Source of the DNA: Candidatus Zixiibacteriota bacterium
Lineage (GTDB): Bacteria; Zixibacteria; MSB-5A5; WJJR01; JAJRUJ01
Reading direction: 5' to 3'
DNA length: 64,000 nt
Assembly: GCA_024277855.1 (NCBI GenBank)
Contig: JAJRUJ010000113.1
Span: 8,889-72,888, forward strand
Part shown: one piece after another, positions 37,713 through 49,500 of the stretch
Position numbering within the stretch: the stretch's first letter is position 1
How the letters are laid out: every line of letters begins with the position of its first letter
Notes under the pieces: model-generated
What the model was told of the DNA's origin: nothing
Databases searched by the model: none
Seen by the model: only the letters and a program-made list of their open reading frames with translations
Program-made: the position numbers and the translations under genes

Positions 37713-39968
37713 CTACTCCACCCAATCGGCGATAAAAATGTTCGTTTCGTGCGAATTGTTATTGTTCCGGTTGGAACAAAACACCAATTTAGAACCGTCG
37801 GCGGAAAACATCGGGAAGGCATCAAAAGTCTCGTTATACGTGATTTGTTCCAGTCCCGTACCGTCATCGTTAATCAGATAAAGTTCGAAATTGCGCCCGG
37901 ATGGATCATTCATGTTCGACGAAAAAATGATCTGCCGGCCGTTAGGATGAAAAAAGGGACAGAAGTTGGCGGCGCCGTTGCGCGTGATCTGGCGGCGGTT
38001 GGAACCATCGACATCGGCGACAAATATTTCCATCTGCGACGGCCGCACGAGGTTCCGGGCCAGCAGACCCTGATATTCAGCGATGGCTTCAGGCGACTGC
38101 GGGTGATGGGCACGGTAGACAATTCGGCTGCCATCCGGCGAGAAAAAGGCGCCCCCGTCGTACCCGATTTCATGAGTCAAACGCCGCACATTGCTGCCAT
38201 CGGGATTCATCAGATAAAGTTCCAAATCTCCGTCGCGCACCGAGGTGAACAAAACTGTGTTACCATCGGAAGAATAGACGGCCTCGGCATCGTAACCCGG
38301 CGTGTCGGTCAACCGCCGAAGATCACTCCCATCGGGTTTTGCCGAGAATATATCGTAATCGGGATAAATTGCCCAGACATACCCCGCCTCATGGGACGGC
38401 TTCGGCGGGCACTCCTCTCCCCCGAGCCGGGTCGAGCTATATATTATTCGCTCTCCATCCGGCGCAAAAAATGAACAGGTCGTCACCCCGCCGCCGGTCG
38501 AAACCAGCCGCGGGTTTTCCCCGGCAATTCCCATGGTAAAGATCTGGTCGCAACCGAGACTGTCCCGAGTCGATTGAAAAATGAGTTGCCGGCCATCGGC
38601 GGAAAAGTATGCCTCAGCGTTCTCGCCCCCGAAAGTCAATTGGCGCAGGTTTTTCAAATGCCGTTCGCCCGGAAAGCGCAATGGATCGGTCAAGATCCGC
38701 TCGGGCTGATATGACCGCACAAACTGGATCCGATCGGAAAGTTTTGGATGGCTATACAACCAGAATTCGACAAATGCCGGTGGATTGGGATTGGCTAAAT
38801 TGCCCGCCGCCAGTTTCTCGAAGGCCCGCGCGGCCGCTTCGCCGTTCCCGGTATGGTCCATCCCGAAAATATCGGCCTGATGCTCAAAATGACGCCAAAT
38901 TCCACTCGTAATCGGCGAGGATAAAAACGCAAACAGGGATACAAAAAACAAAATAAGTGGAAAAGACGCGATATCCGAGAGCTGCGAGAAACCAAGACGC
39001 GATGAAAAGCGGCGGATTGTCGAACCGATCAATAAATTGGCCAGAAATAAGAGGATAAAAACCATCGCCACTGAAAGGAATACACCAATCCAGACATGGT
39101 TCATTAAATAGTGGCCCAATTCATGGCTGGTCACAAAAAGAATCTCGTCGTCGGACATCTGCTCCAACAAATTGTCATAGAAAACGATCCGTTTGGTCTC
39201 CCCCAGGCCGGTCACCATCGCGTTGAGTTTATTCGTGCTCTCCGACGCGTTCATTACAAAAATATCCGGATCGTCAACCCCGGCCTCGGAGGCAAGGTGT
39301 ACAATCCGCGCCTTGAGCGGCGATTCCTCCATTGGTTTGAAATCATAAAACATCGGCATCAGGAAAATCGGCGCGATAATCATAAAGAATATGATAAACG
39401 GCAAAGAACCGGCGCCGAACCAGACCCACCAGGTTCGGGGATATTTGCGGATAAGAGCATATAGAATCGCGACAAGCAAGACCGCGATAATCCAGCTGAT
39501 CAGGAATTCCTTTACCTGGTCCCAAAACCAACCACCGACCGATTGGTTGGACAATCCATACTGATGCTCGAGGTGATAACCGGAATAGTAATCGAGCGGC
39601 AAGCCGGTCAGTCCGATGACCAGGAAGATCAAGAACGTAAAGACCGCGATGGTCAGGAATCGCTTCCTGCCGATTTTGGCTGCCCAATTACGCAACCGGG
39701 AAGAAAATCCCGTGAGCAAAATCAGCAAAAGGACCAACAGTCCGTACCCCTCGCCGACGAAGTATAAAATATTTTTCGTATTGGAGTATTCTACGGTCTG
39801 TTGACGTTGTTCGGCACTCATCTGCCCCCACCCCGGGGTCACCGAACCACCCACCGAATCGCCGACTGCCCCACTCGGCTGGGCCGAAACAACCATCGGC
39901 AAGAGCACCATGCCCGCCAATATCAACGTAAGTACAATCAGGAATCTTGTGCTCACAATACCGTTCAT
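37713..39968 (-). CDS. Membrane M48-family zinc metalloprotease (HExxH) fused to C-terminal TolB-like PD40 beta-propeller repeats
   Basis: HELGHYLMNHV zinc-binding motif in a TM-rich N-terminal half. Repeated DGxxLxFxSxRDG..ELY PD40-like units in the C-terminal half. Confidence 0.7.
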   Translation of the reverse strand: MNGIVSTRFLIVLTLILAGMVLLPMVVSAQPSGAVGDSVGGSVTPGWGQMSAEQRQQTVEYSNTKNILYFVGEGYGLLVLLLILLTGFSSRLRNWAAKIGRKRFLTIAVFTFLIFLVIGLTGLPLDYYSGYHLEHQYGLSNQSVGGWFWDQVKEFLISWIIAVLLVAILYALIRKYPRTWWVWFGAGSLPFIIFFMIIAPIFLMPMFYDFKPMEESPLKARIVHLASEAGVDDPDIFVMNASESTNKLNAMVTGLGETKRIVFYDNLLEQMSDDEILFVTSHELGHYLMNHVWIGVFLSVAMVFILLFLANLLIGSTIRRFSSRLGFSQLSDIASFPLILFFVSLFAFLSSPITSGIWRHFEHQADIFGMDHTGNGEAAARAFEKLAAGNLANPNPPAFVEFWLYSHPKLSDRIQFVRSYQPERILTDPLRFPGERHLKNLRQLTFGGENAEAYFSADGRQLIFQSTRDSLGCDQIFTMGIAGENPRLVSTGGGVTTCSFFAPDGERIIYSSTRLGGEECPPKPSHEAGYVWAIYPDYDIFSAKPDGSDLRRLTDTPGYDAEAVYSSDGNTVLFTSVRDGDLELYLMNPDGSNVRRLTHEIGYDGGAFFSPDGSRIVYRAHHPQSPEAIAEYQGLLARNLVRPSQMEIFVADVDGSNRRQITRNGAANFCPFFHPNGRQIIFSSNMNDPSGRNFELYLINDDGTGLEQITYNETFDAFPMFSADGSKLVFCSNRNNNNSHETNIFIADWVE

Positions 39969-40113
39969 CTACTCTCCTTTGCCTCGGCAGAACTTTGCCG
40001 ACACAAAAGTTAAACAGGCAATTGGACGAATGCAATTGTAATTTCGAAACATCCCTCGGGAGGGCTGGTCGGAGGCAGGCGGGAATTCGACGGAGCACCG
40101 CCCGCAGGCGGGA

Positions 40114-40779
40114 TTACTTCCTCGGCTTAAACCCGATGCGATGAAATGGATTGACAAATGCCGAGGCGACGTTGGTCAGGTGTGCACCTACGCGTTTAAG
40201 ATATCGAATATACAACGCCAGGGTGACGGCTTCGGGTTTGTTTAATTGGTCTTCACCGGCAATCAGCTCGCGGACTGTCTGGTCACACCCTTTGGTCAAA
40301 TTTCGGTGGTCGTCAAGTATTTCATTCGCAACGGTTTCATCGGAGTTGAGCAACGCCGCGATCACGGCATCAAAAAGTTCGCGGACACGCTCTTCCATCT
40401 CCTGAAGCTGAGATTCGTAGCGTTTTGCTTCCAGTCGCTTGGGGTGCCATTCCGCCAACTCGACGATATTTTTTGTATAATCGCCGATCCGCTCCAGATC
40501 GATGACAATCGCCGCGAGGATTAGCGCAGTATTTATGTCTTTGATCCCACTGATACTCAGATGAGTCAACAGGTTACGCCGCACCTCCTGTTGTAAGCCA
40601 TTAATCAGCTTGTCTTTCTCGCGAATATCAAAAGGCAGATCGGCATTATCCTGCTCCCGCAGAGATTGCGAAGCAGAAATAAACATAATCCGGCCTTCCT
40701 CAAGCATCTGCACGGCCTGTTTGAGAGAGTCGTCGAGCAATGACTCTTTACGGAAAACATCCAATAGATTTCGAAACAT
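40114..40779 (-). CDS. PhoU-domain phosphate-uptake regulator family protein
   Basis: Two PhoU-like helical repeats, directly downstream of a Na/Pi cotransporter. Confidence 0.7.
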   Translation of the reverse strand: MFRNLLDVFRKESLLDDSLKQAVQMLEEGRIMFISASQSLREQDNADLPFDIREKDKLINGLQQEVRRNLLTHLSISGIKDINTALILAAIVIDLERIGDYTKNIVELAEWHPKRLEAKRYESQLQEMEERVRELFDAVIAALLNSDETVANEILDDHRNLTKGCDQTVRELIAGEDQLNKPEAVTLALYIRYLKRVGAHLTNVASAFVNPFHRIGFKPRK

Positions 40780-40782
40780 CCT

Positions 40783-41865
40783 TCACCTCAACATATATAC
40801 GCTTAGAGGAACGACGAAAAACAAAACCAATATAAATACTATCGGCACCCAGCGATGATCAGCTGAGAGCTGCGAAAACTCCCGGGCGACGTACAGCGGC
40901 AATCGACGGATCGGCCAGATAAAGATACAACCAAAAACATTAAACAGCAGGTGGGCAAATGCCACGGCCACAGCCGCAGGCGATCCGGTCGCCAAGGACG
41001 CCAGAATGCCGGTTACCGTCGTACCGATATTGGCTCCCATCGCATACGGAAATAACTGCTCCAGGGTCAGCACACCCGCGCCGGCAAGGGGGATGGTGAT
41101 CGAGATGGCAACCGACGACGATTGAACTGTCGCCGTGAAAACTATCCCCAGAATAAAACTCCGCACCGCCGTGCGGAATATATACTGGCCGAAAAAACGT
41201 TCGATACGTTCCAGAATCAAAGATTTAAGTATCTTGACGATGAGCGCCAGGGAAACGGCCATCAACAAGAATCCGATGAGCAGAATGATCCACCCCTGTT
41301 TCGCGGCCAGATTGACCAATACGTGAATTGCGGGTTTTGTCACCATCTTCAGCGGACTGGCAAAGGTTAAGCCACCAACCTCGGCAAAAACGGTGCTCAG
41401 CGCCTCAGCCGCGATCCCCAGAAAATTCGTGAAATACTGCAAGGGGAAGAAAATCAACACGGAAAATATATTAAAAAAATCGTGGATTGTCGCCGCCGCG
41501 AATGCCCGCTGGAATTCGGCTCGCCGGGTTAAATGCCCCAGCGACACAAGAAAACTGGTGACTGATGTGCCGATGTTGGCTCCCATGACAATCGGGATGG
41601 CCGAAATGATCGGCATCGCCCCGCCACCGACAAGAACAACGATAAAAGAGGTGACAGTCGAAGAGGATTGCACAATGCTGGTGGCCAAAATCCCGGCAAA
41701 CAGGCCAACCAGCGGATCGGAGGCCGTGGACAGGATTTTGTTGGCCATTCCGCCACCGAAAAACTTGAAGGCCTCGCCAATCAGACCGACAGAAATTAAG
41801 AAGATGTATAACAATGAGAACAGTTCACAGATTCTAACCACTGTTTTCAATGTGTTTGTTCGCAC
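40783..41865 (-). CDS. Na+/phosphate cotransporter (NptA/type II) family protein
   Basis: Duplicated membrane repeat with GANIGTxVT motifs. Confidence 0.75.
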   Translation of the reverse strand: MRTNTLKTVVRICELFSLLYIFLISVGLIGEAFKFFGGGMANKILSTASDPLVGLFAGILATSIVQSSSTVTSFIVVLVGGGAMPIISAIPIVMGANIGTSVTSFLVSLGHLTRRAEFQRAFAAATIHDFFNIFSVLIFFPLQYFTNFLGIAAEALSTVFAEVGGLTFASPLKMVTKPAIHVLVNLAAKQGWIILLIGFLLMAVSLALIVKILKSLILERIERFFGQYIFRTAVRSFILGIVFTATVQSSSVAISITIPLAGAGVLTLEQLFPYAMGANIGTTVTGILASLATGSPAAVAVAFAHLLFNVFGCIFIWPIRRLPLYVAREFSQLSADHRWVPIVFILVLFFVVPLSVYMLR

Positions 41866-41964
41866 GACATCTCCCCTTCAAACCCGGTCCGGGTTGGAAC
41901 GGAAATACATACTGGTTAGTGGCTCATTAATCAAGCATTAATCCCGGCCGGGTGGTCCGCTTCA

Positions 41965-43467
41965 TCATTGTTTCAGCAGTGAATCAATTACATCCGCCAG
42001 GCGTTGAGCGATCAACCGATGACCCGCCGGTGTTGGATGACAATGGTCGATGAAAAGCCGCTCATTATCATGTTCACGAAAAATCCGGGAAACGTCCAGC
42101 ACTGTCGCCCGGCCGCCCTCGGCGGCGGCGAAAAGGGCCTGGCGATAGGGCGTTTTAATGCGCAAAGAATAATAGTCGCGATCGACAGTTTCCGAAAGAA
42201 TACGTCGCGAGCCTGCCGAGTCACCCACATCGGCCAGGGCGATACCTAAATTGTACCGCGCAACGTTAAAAGAAGAGTCGAGGTCGAGAGTCCGCACAAA
42301 ACACTCAAGCGCTTCATTGAACCTGCCGTTCCGCCAACGGAGCACACCCAGATTATTCAGACTGATCGGATCGGACGGATTATCCTTCAACTTCGCCTGG
42401 TAAGCCGACTCGATACTGTCTGCCGCGCCTTGATCGGCGTAAGCGCTGGCGAAGACTTCTCGAACATACGGGTCCACCCGGCCGTACAGCTTGTTGATGG
42501 TTGTCGGATCAAAACAGTAAGCCACCGGTCGCTCTAACCGCTCCTGCACCGGATCGGCAACAACCCAACTGCCCGCTGAATCGGTCATCCGTGAAAAGAG
42601 TTTGAATTGCAGACCGGCCGGCCAGCGGTAGGGCACCGGCGGATTAATGACAATTGTCTGCGCACCGATTCCCCGCGCCATCTCGGCGATCTGCCGGATA
42701 TTCTCACCAAACTCCTCAGGAGTGACCCGAACGGTGGGCAGTCGATCATCCGCGTTCACCCCCGCCGGCAGGACCGGCGAGATCAGATTTCGCATGAGCC
42801 GATAAGTCGCGAACCGATATAAGAACGATCGGGCCTTCTGCGCCCATCGCCGGGCGGCAAAAAGCTGCCGGTCGGTAAGATAGCCGTTAATCGACGCGTC
42901 GTTATTTCCAAAATAGCAGACAACAAAATCCGGCCGATAGGCGAGGCCGTCCTGCCGGAGAAACCTTTTCCCCTGTTCTGAGGTATAGCCGTTGACGGCC
43001 GCATTAATCAGTTCTACTTTTTTCAATCCACGCCATTTGTTACGGAGCAATTGGGCGGTCAATTCCCCAAAGGCCTCTTCCCGCCGTTGCAGCCCCAGTC
43101 CCACCGGCGAGGAGTCACCGAGAAGTAATATTCGCACCGTGTTCGGTGGTTTGTCCGGCTCGATCTCCGACGGACTCAATATGCCGCGTGAGTTGGTGGT
43201 GAAGAGGGGTTGTCGCAGGTGGCTGCGGAATTTCCAGAGCAGCGCGGCATCGGGTTGGTGGATACCGCCAAACGAACTGAACAACGTGTACTGCCAGAGA
43301 CGATAGCGGGCCGGGGCCTCATCCGCCCGGAATTCCACCGCGGCCCGGCGCATCATCGGCTCGATCAAACGGGCCGCAAACTCGATCACCAGCAGCCCCG
43401 CCAGGATTAAGATCAACCCATAAAGGGCGCTCCGGCCGCGACCCATCTGTCTTTTGTTACCGGACAT
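41965..43467 (-). CDS. Membrane-anchored SGNH/GDSL-family hydrolase with TPR-like region
   Basis: N-terminal TM segment, ILLLGDSSPVG (GDS motif), FGNND block, and a C-terminal DHCHPT catalytic His motif. Confidence 0.6.
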   Translation of the reverse strand: MSGNKRQMGRGRSALYGLILILAGLLVIEFAARLIEPMMRRAAVEFRADEAPARYRLWQYTLFSSFGGIHQPDAALLWKFRSHLRQPLFTTNSRGILSPSEIEPDKPPNTVRILLLGDSSPVGLGLQRREEAFGELTAQLLRNKWRGLKKVELINAAVNGYTSEQGKRFLRQDGLAYRPDFVVCYFGNNDASINGYLTDRQLFAARRWAQKARSFLYRFATYRLMRNLISPVLPAGVNADDRLPTVRVTPEEFGENIRQIAEMARGIGAQTIVINPPVPYRWPAGLQFKLFSRMTDSAGSWVVADPVQERLERPVAYCFDPTTINKLYGRVDPYVREVFASAYADQGAADSIESAYQAKLKDNPSDPISLNNLGVLRWRNGRFNEALECFVRTLDLDSSFNVARYNLGIALADVGDSAGSRRILSETVDRDYYSLRIKTPYRQALFAAAEGGRATVLDVSRIFREHDNERLFIDHCHPTPAGHRLIAQRLADVIDSLLKQ

Positions 43468-43539
43468 GTTTGTCTTTGCTCTTTCTTAACAGAAGATAAA
43501 AAAGTCGGCGAAATTTGGCGAGAAAAATTACTGCTCCGG

Positions 43540-46500
43540 TTAGACCTGGGCCTGACCGGAGGGAGATTCGGGGATGGGCAGGGTAACCTTAAAGACCGCT
43601 CCCCCCTTGTCGCCGGCAGAAACGGTAACTGACCCTTTCAGAGTATCGACGATTTTTTTAACAACCGCGAGGCCGATCCCGGCCCCTTCCACACGTCGTC
43701 CGGCGGCCCGATGGAACAATTTGAAGATGTCCTCCCGCTTACTTTCCGGGATTCCCGGGCCGTTGTCGGCTACCGCTATCGTGAGGAACTCCGGCGAGAC
43801 CTGCCAATCCACCTCGACCTCCGGACGGCGATCAGGCGGCACATGCGCAACCGCATTACTCAACAAATTGAGTAAGACACGCTCCAAACCGATGCGCGTC
43901 GTCCGGCAGGTTTGAGATTGTCCGGGGCAATGAAACACCGCCCGGCGATGAGCAAACCGGTCGTCCACCTGCTCCCACAAATCCTCCAGCAGCGGACGCA
44001 GGTCGATTTCGTCGATTCGCTTGAGATAATCGCCGATTTTCGAATAGTCCAGCAATCCCTCAACCAAACGAAGCATGATATCGGCATTGGCCGAAATACG
44101 TTCACCCAACGGGCGAGTTTTGTCATCGAGAACCGCCTCCTGGAGCCGCATGAATTTTTTGATCAATTCCCGGATGGAAATCAGCGGGGTCTTGAGATCG
44201 TGCGACAGCGTCGAAACCAACAACTCCAATTCCCGGTTTTTAGTCTGGAATTGTGCCGCCAGTTCACTTGCCCGCAGATTCTCGACTTCGAGTTTTTGGA
44301 CAAGTTCGGAAAGCTCGGTATTTGCCCGATCCAAATCTCGGCCCTGTCGGCGCAGTTGCTCCAACATCTCCTCACGTTCGGTGACATCACGGACGGCAAC
44401 GGCAAATCGATCAATAACACCATCGGCATCAAAAAGCGGATAAATATTCGACACGAATTTTCTTCCTCCGCTTTCATCACGAAAGGCTATTGGTTGTCTC
44501 GTTTCAATGATAGTGTCCCGGTAAGCCCGCCTGGATTTTGCCACTTCGGGAGGGAAGAAGTCAAACACGTTCATCCCAGACAATTCTTCAATGCTTCCCC
44601 CCAGTTGGGCTGCCCCGCGTTCATTAAGCGCCAGAATTGTCCCATCCGTCTTAAGCAGAAAAGCACTATCCGGTGTCGAATTAAGGAGAGCGCGTGCAGT
44701 TTGTTCGCTCTCCATTAATTGATCCAGCGCCTTCTTGCGCTCGGTGATATCCATTAGCGCCCCGAGTAACGCCGGTTGACCGGCGAAGGTAACCTTGTCC
44801 AGACTGAGCAGGCACCAAAAACTACTGCCATCAGATCGCTTCCCCAAGATCTCATGATTCCGAATCGGCTCGCCCCGCTCAAGCATCTCGATGAACTTTT
44901 GTCGATTGCCGACATCGTGATACAGATCTTTGGCGTTGAGCTTCAGGACCTCTTCTGACGAACAACCATAGGTGGAACAGAGCTGGTCATTGGCAAAGAG
45001 GATTTCCCCATCCTGCAAACCGGTAATTGCCAGGGGGATTGGAATGGCAGTTGCAATGGTCCGAAAACGCTCTTCACTTTCGTGTAAGAGGGTCTCTGCT
45101 TGCTTGCGTTCGGTAATGTCTATCGCTGTCCCTTCCACATAACCAAATTCCGGATATAATTTGAGTGAGTGCAGAAAGATTCTTTCAGTCCCGTCAGGCA
45201 ATTTGAGCGCGATCTCTTTATCGGCAATAGACCCTTCTCTCAGCAGCCGCTTTCTCAATCGTTCTCGATGGGTTGGATCGATCCACAATTCGTCAGGCGG
45301 TGTAGCCAGGAATTCATCAATTGTCCGGCCCACCATCGCGGCTCCGGCCGGGTTCACCGTAAGAAACGCCGTGGCGTCTATATTCATCCGGAATATCCCG
45401 GCCGGGGAATTTTCGAAGAGGTTGTGATACCGGGCTTCGTTTTCCCGCAGAGCCAGTTCCGCCTCTTTTTGCGAGGTTATATCCAGCACCTGGCCCTGCC
45501 AGCGGATTATTTCGCCATCCTGTTTGACGATTTTGGCAATGGTCCGCACCCAATGGGTTTTCCCATCGTCGGTCCGGAGTCGATATTCATGGTCAAGAAG
45601 CTCCCCGGACGCACGGGCGGCATCTGAGGCAGCTTGTAATGCCTGCAGATCTTCGGCAAGAATCAAACTAAAATAATCGTCAAGATTGTTGCGGATTCGT
45701 TTCGCGGTCGCTAAACCGGCAATTTTCTCAATACCCGGCCCGATATACAGTGGAACCCGATGGCCATCAGGATATTCATCGTAAGTGAACACCACCCCGG
45801 CGATATTCTCAGCGAACGTGCGGAATTGTTCTTCCCGATCTTCCAAGGCTTTTCGTGCCTGTACTAACTCGCTGATTTCGATTGCCGTGGCCGACAAAAA
45901 CTGCGGAACCCCCTTATCGTCGGTGATAATCGTCGCGCTCATCAATGTCGGAAAGACCTCGCCGTTTTTCCGCACATGCCAGACCTCTTCGGCGACATAA
46001 AACCCATCGCGTTCAAGACGGGTGTTGAGCGCATAAACAAATCCGAGTTGCTCCGGCGCGTGGAAAACCGTAAGGTTCTCGCCAATAAGTTCCTCGGGCG
46101 TGTACTGATGCATCCCGGCAAACTCGCTGTTCAAGTACTGGATATTACCGTCCAGATCGACAATGGCCATGCCGTAGCTGGCCCGGTCGGAAATCGTCTT
46201 GAATTTGCGCAGTTCTTCTTCGGCCAGCCGTCGCTCGGTGATATCGGTGATGGTAATCAGGTTTGCCGGTCTGCCGCGATATTCCACTGTTTTGGAATAC
46301 TGGTCAATCCACTTCTGTTTTCCGCCTCCCGGAACGATTCGGTATGAATAATGGGTGATGATGTCGGCCTGTTCACCATCCTGCTTTTTGCGCGCCTGCC
46401 CCCCGACAAACTCCCGGTCGTCGGGGTGAACAAGATCGACAAAAACCTGGCGGGGAGACAACGCAAGCAATTCGTCGATTGAATACCCGATGATAGCGGC

Positions 46501-49500
46501 TGCGGCCTGATTTGCGTATTGCAGCCGGTCATCCTGCATGATCAGAATCCCCAGCAGGTTTTGCTCGGCCAACAATCTAAACCGGCTTTCCGACTCCCGC
46601 AACTCGTCCTCGGTGGTCTTCAGTTCGGTAATATCCAGGACGGAACTAAAAGCGCCGAGGTAGTCACCATTGTCGGCAAACCGGGGGGATATTGACGCAA
46701 GGATATTCTTGTGCGCTCCGGCCGGCGTCACAATATCCAATTCATATTGGAGTTTTTCATTTTTCCTGCTTTTTGCCGTCTCCGCCAGGATCAACGCATG
46801 TTGGTCTTCCGGAACATAGGAGAATAGACTCGTCCCCATCATCGATTCAGGGTCGTCTATGCCGAAAATCTTCGCGAAAGCCGGATTGCAAAATTCAATT
46901 ACTTCATGCTCGTCGACAATCCCGATCCCCTCCTGGAGAGAATCAAACAATTCCTGATATCGACGCTCAGACTGCTTGACCGATTCTTCGGCTATTTTTT
47001 GTTGAGTAATGTCGATGTCAATACCATCAATATAATCGATATTTCCCAGGTCGTCTTTCGTCGCCTGCATACTGCAGGAAACCCACCTCGTCGACCCATC
47101 CTTGCAGCGCATCTTACACACATAGTTCTCTACTGATCCGTGGGTCGACAATAGTGAGAGCATTGTGATCCGGTCCCGGGGATCGCAGTAGAGGTCGGTC
47201 ACCGGTTGACGAACCATTTCCTCGAGTGAATCGTAACCATACATCTGTACCATCGCCGGGTTCATATAAATGACTTCACCCTCCGGGGTGGAACGAAATA
47301 CACCGACCGGCAGATTTGATTGCAGGGATCGATATCGTTCTTCGGCTTCTTCGAGCGCTTCCTCGCCCAGGACTCGTTCGGTAATATCGAGGGCAAAAAT
47401 CGCCAGCCGGACGACCTGGCCGTCGGAATCGAGAATCGGATAATAAATTGCGTCGTAAATATCCCCGCCCCGACTTTCTTCACAACGAAGGACCTTTCCC
47501 GAGTGCAGGGCCTTTTCCACATTTTCCAATCTGGATTTCGCCGCCAACGGCGGGTAAAGATCGTTGAGTTGCTCCTGAATCTTTTTGCCGACCAATTCGT
47601 CCACCGAGCGGCCCATCCGCCCGGCGGCGGTTTCATTGAGGGTGAGGATCGTACCCTCACGGTCCAATAAAATCATCGATTCGGTCGCCGCGTTCAGCAG
47701 CGCGCGGGCGGTTTCCTCTGATTCGCGGAGTTGTGCCGCCGCCTCGTGACGCTCGGTAAGGTCGATTACCAGACCACGAGCGCCAACCGGACGGCCATCC
47801 CGGATAATCGACGTCGAGGAGATGAGGACCGGGAATTGGGTGCCGTCGCTGCGGATGGCCGTATATTCATGATCTGAACTTTCCCCACTCGTGATAATTT
47901 TTTGGAAATTTTCCCGCAAACGCCGCTGGTCGCCCTCGACAAACAGGTCAAACGCACTCACCCCCGCGTCAACGTCCGCCTGGGTGTAGCCAAACGCCTC
48001 GAGACCGGCGCGATTTGTGTAGACGATGTTTGCTTCGAGGTCGAGTTCGAATACCGTTTGTGGCAGAAGGTCGGCAAGCTCCCGGAACCGCAATTCACTA
48101 CGCCGGAGCGCCTCCGAAGCAAGAACTCTGTCGGTGACGTCAAATAAGACACCGTCGATGCCCAAAAAGTTTCCCTGCTCATCGAATCGGGAGGTTTTGT
48201 GATCCTCAACCCACCGGACGGCCTTTTCTCTGGTGAAAATCCGATATTGTTGGACAATGCTTTTCTGGATCGATTCGAGTTCCTTGGCGGCATTGAGAAC
48301 ACTGTCCCGATCTTCCGGGTGGACAAGGTCAATCCAACTTCGTTTTTCGCCCAGGAACTCCTCGGGCGGATACCCGCAAATTGCCTCGGTGTTTGAGATG
48401 AAATCAGTCGACCAGTCCGGGTTTCCCCGGTAAATCATCCCCGGAATATTGTAAGATAATGTGCGAAATTTCTCTTCGCTCTCCAGCAAGGCATCGGCAG
48501 CGAGTTTTTGCTCGGTCACATCATGCATTGTCCCTTCAACGGCAATCGGCCGGCGATTGGCATCATAGGTGACAACTCGTTCGACCATGACCCAGCGGAC
48601 CGAACCATCCCGGTGCAATACACGATATTGACGATTTTTCTGCCGGCCGTCTCGTGGGCCGGAATCCGCCTGCAAATTTCCATAAAAAAGTGGAATGTCG
48701 TCGGGATGGATCAATTCATTGACTAACTCATCCAGCGGCGTGGAGGTCATCTCCTCAACTGTCCATCCGGTCAACCGCTCGATAGCCGGGTTGACATATT
48801 CGACTTTCCCCCGGCTGAAGTCGACGCGATAAATGACCTCTTCGGTGTTGGCCAGCAGGTCCTGAAAACGCTCTTCGGTATCAACCAGTTTTTCTTTCGT
48901 CGAAACTCGTTCAAGGGCCTCAGCCGCCAGATGGACAAATAATTCAAGTCGACGGACAGTCGCCTCGTCCGGACGCGAACCATCGACCGGCGTATCAACC
49001 GAGGCATACCCCACGGTATCGCGCGACAGGTTAAAAATCGGCACAAACAACTGATCATCGGATTGCCACGACCCGGTGTTTCCCCCACCCGGCTGTACCG
49101 CCACGTGTCGACCTTCGTCGGCAAATTCGACATTTGCCTCAGCCGGCAGGAAATACGACTCCGACACTTTTACCGCGGCCGCGAAAATCGCCTGTCGCTT
49201 TTCCAGCGAAAGCCGGGGACCGTTCCGCGCCGCGGCAATAATATCGTCCGGGATCCCGTGGTGGCCAATCGCAATGATCTTGCCCTGATCGTCGTGCAGG
49301 GTCAACACGGCTCGAACATACAATCCGGCCTCGGCGATCGCCTCGGCAATGAGACTCAACACCTCATCGGGACTGGCTACCGATTGGATTTTGCGGGTCA
49401 CATGCCAAAGGACATCGCAGATCCATCCGGCGGGATTCTGAGCATCACTGCCACAGGAGGAATTATTTTCGGAGGACGAAGATTGAGGTGATGGTTCAGA

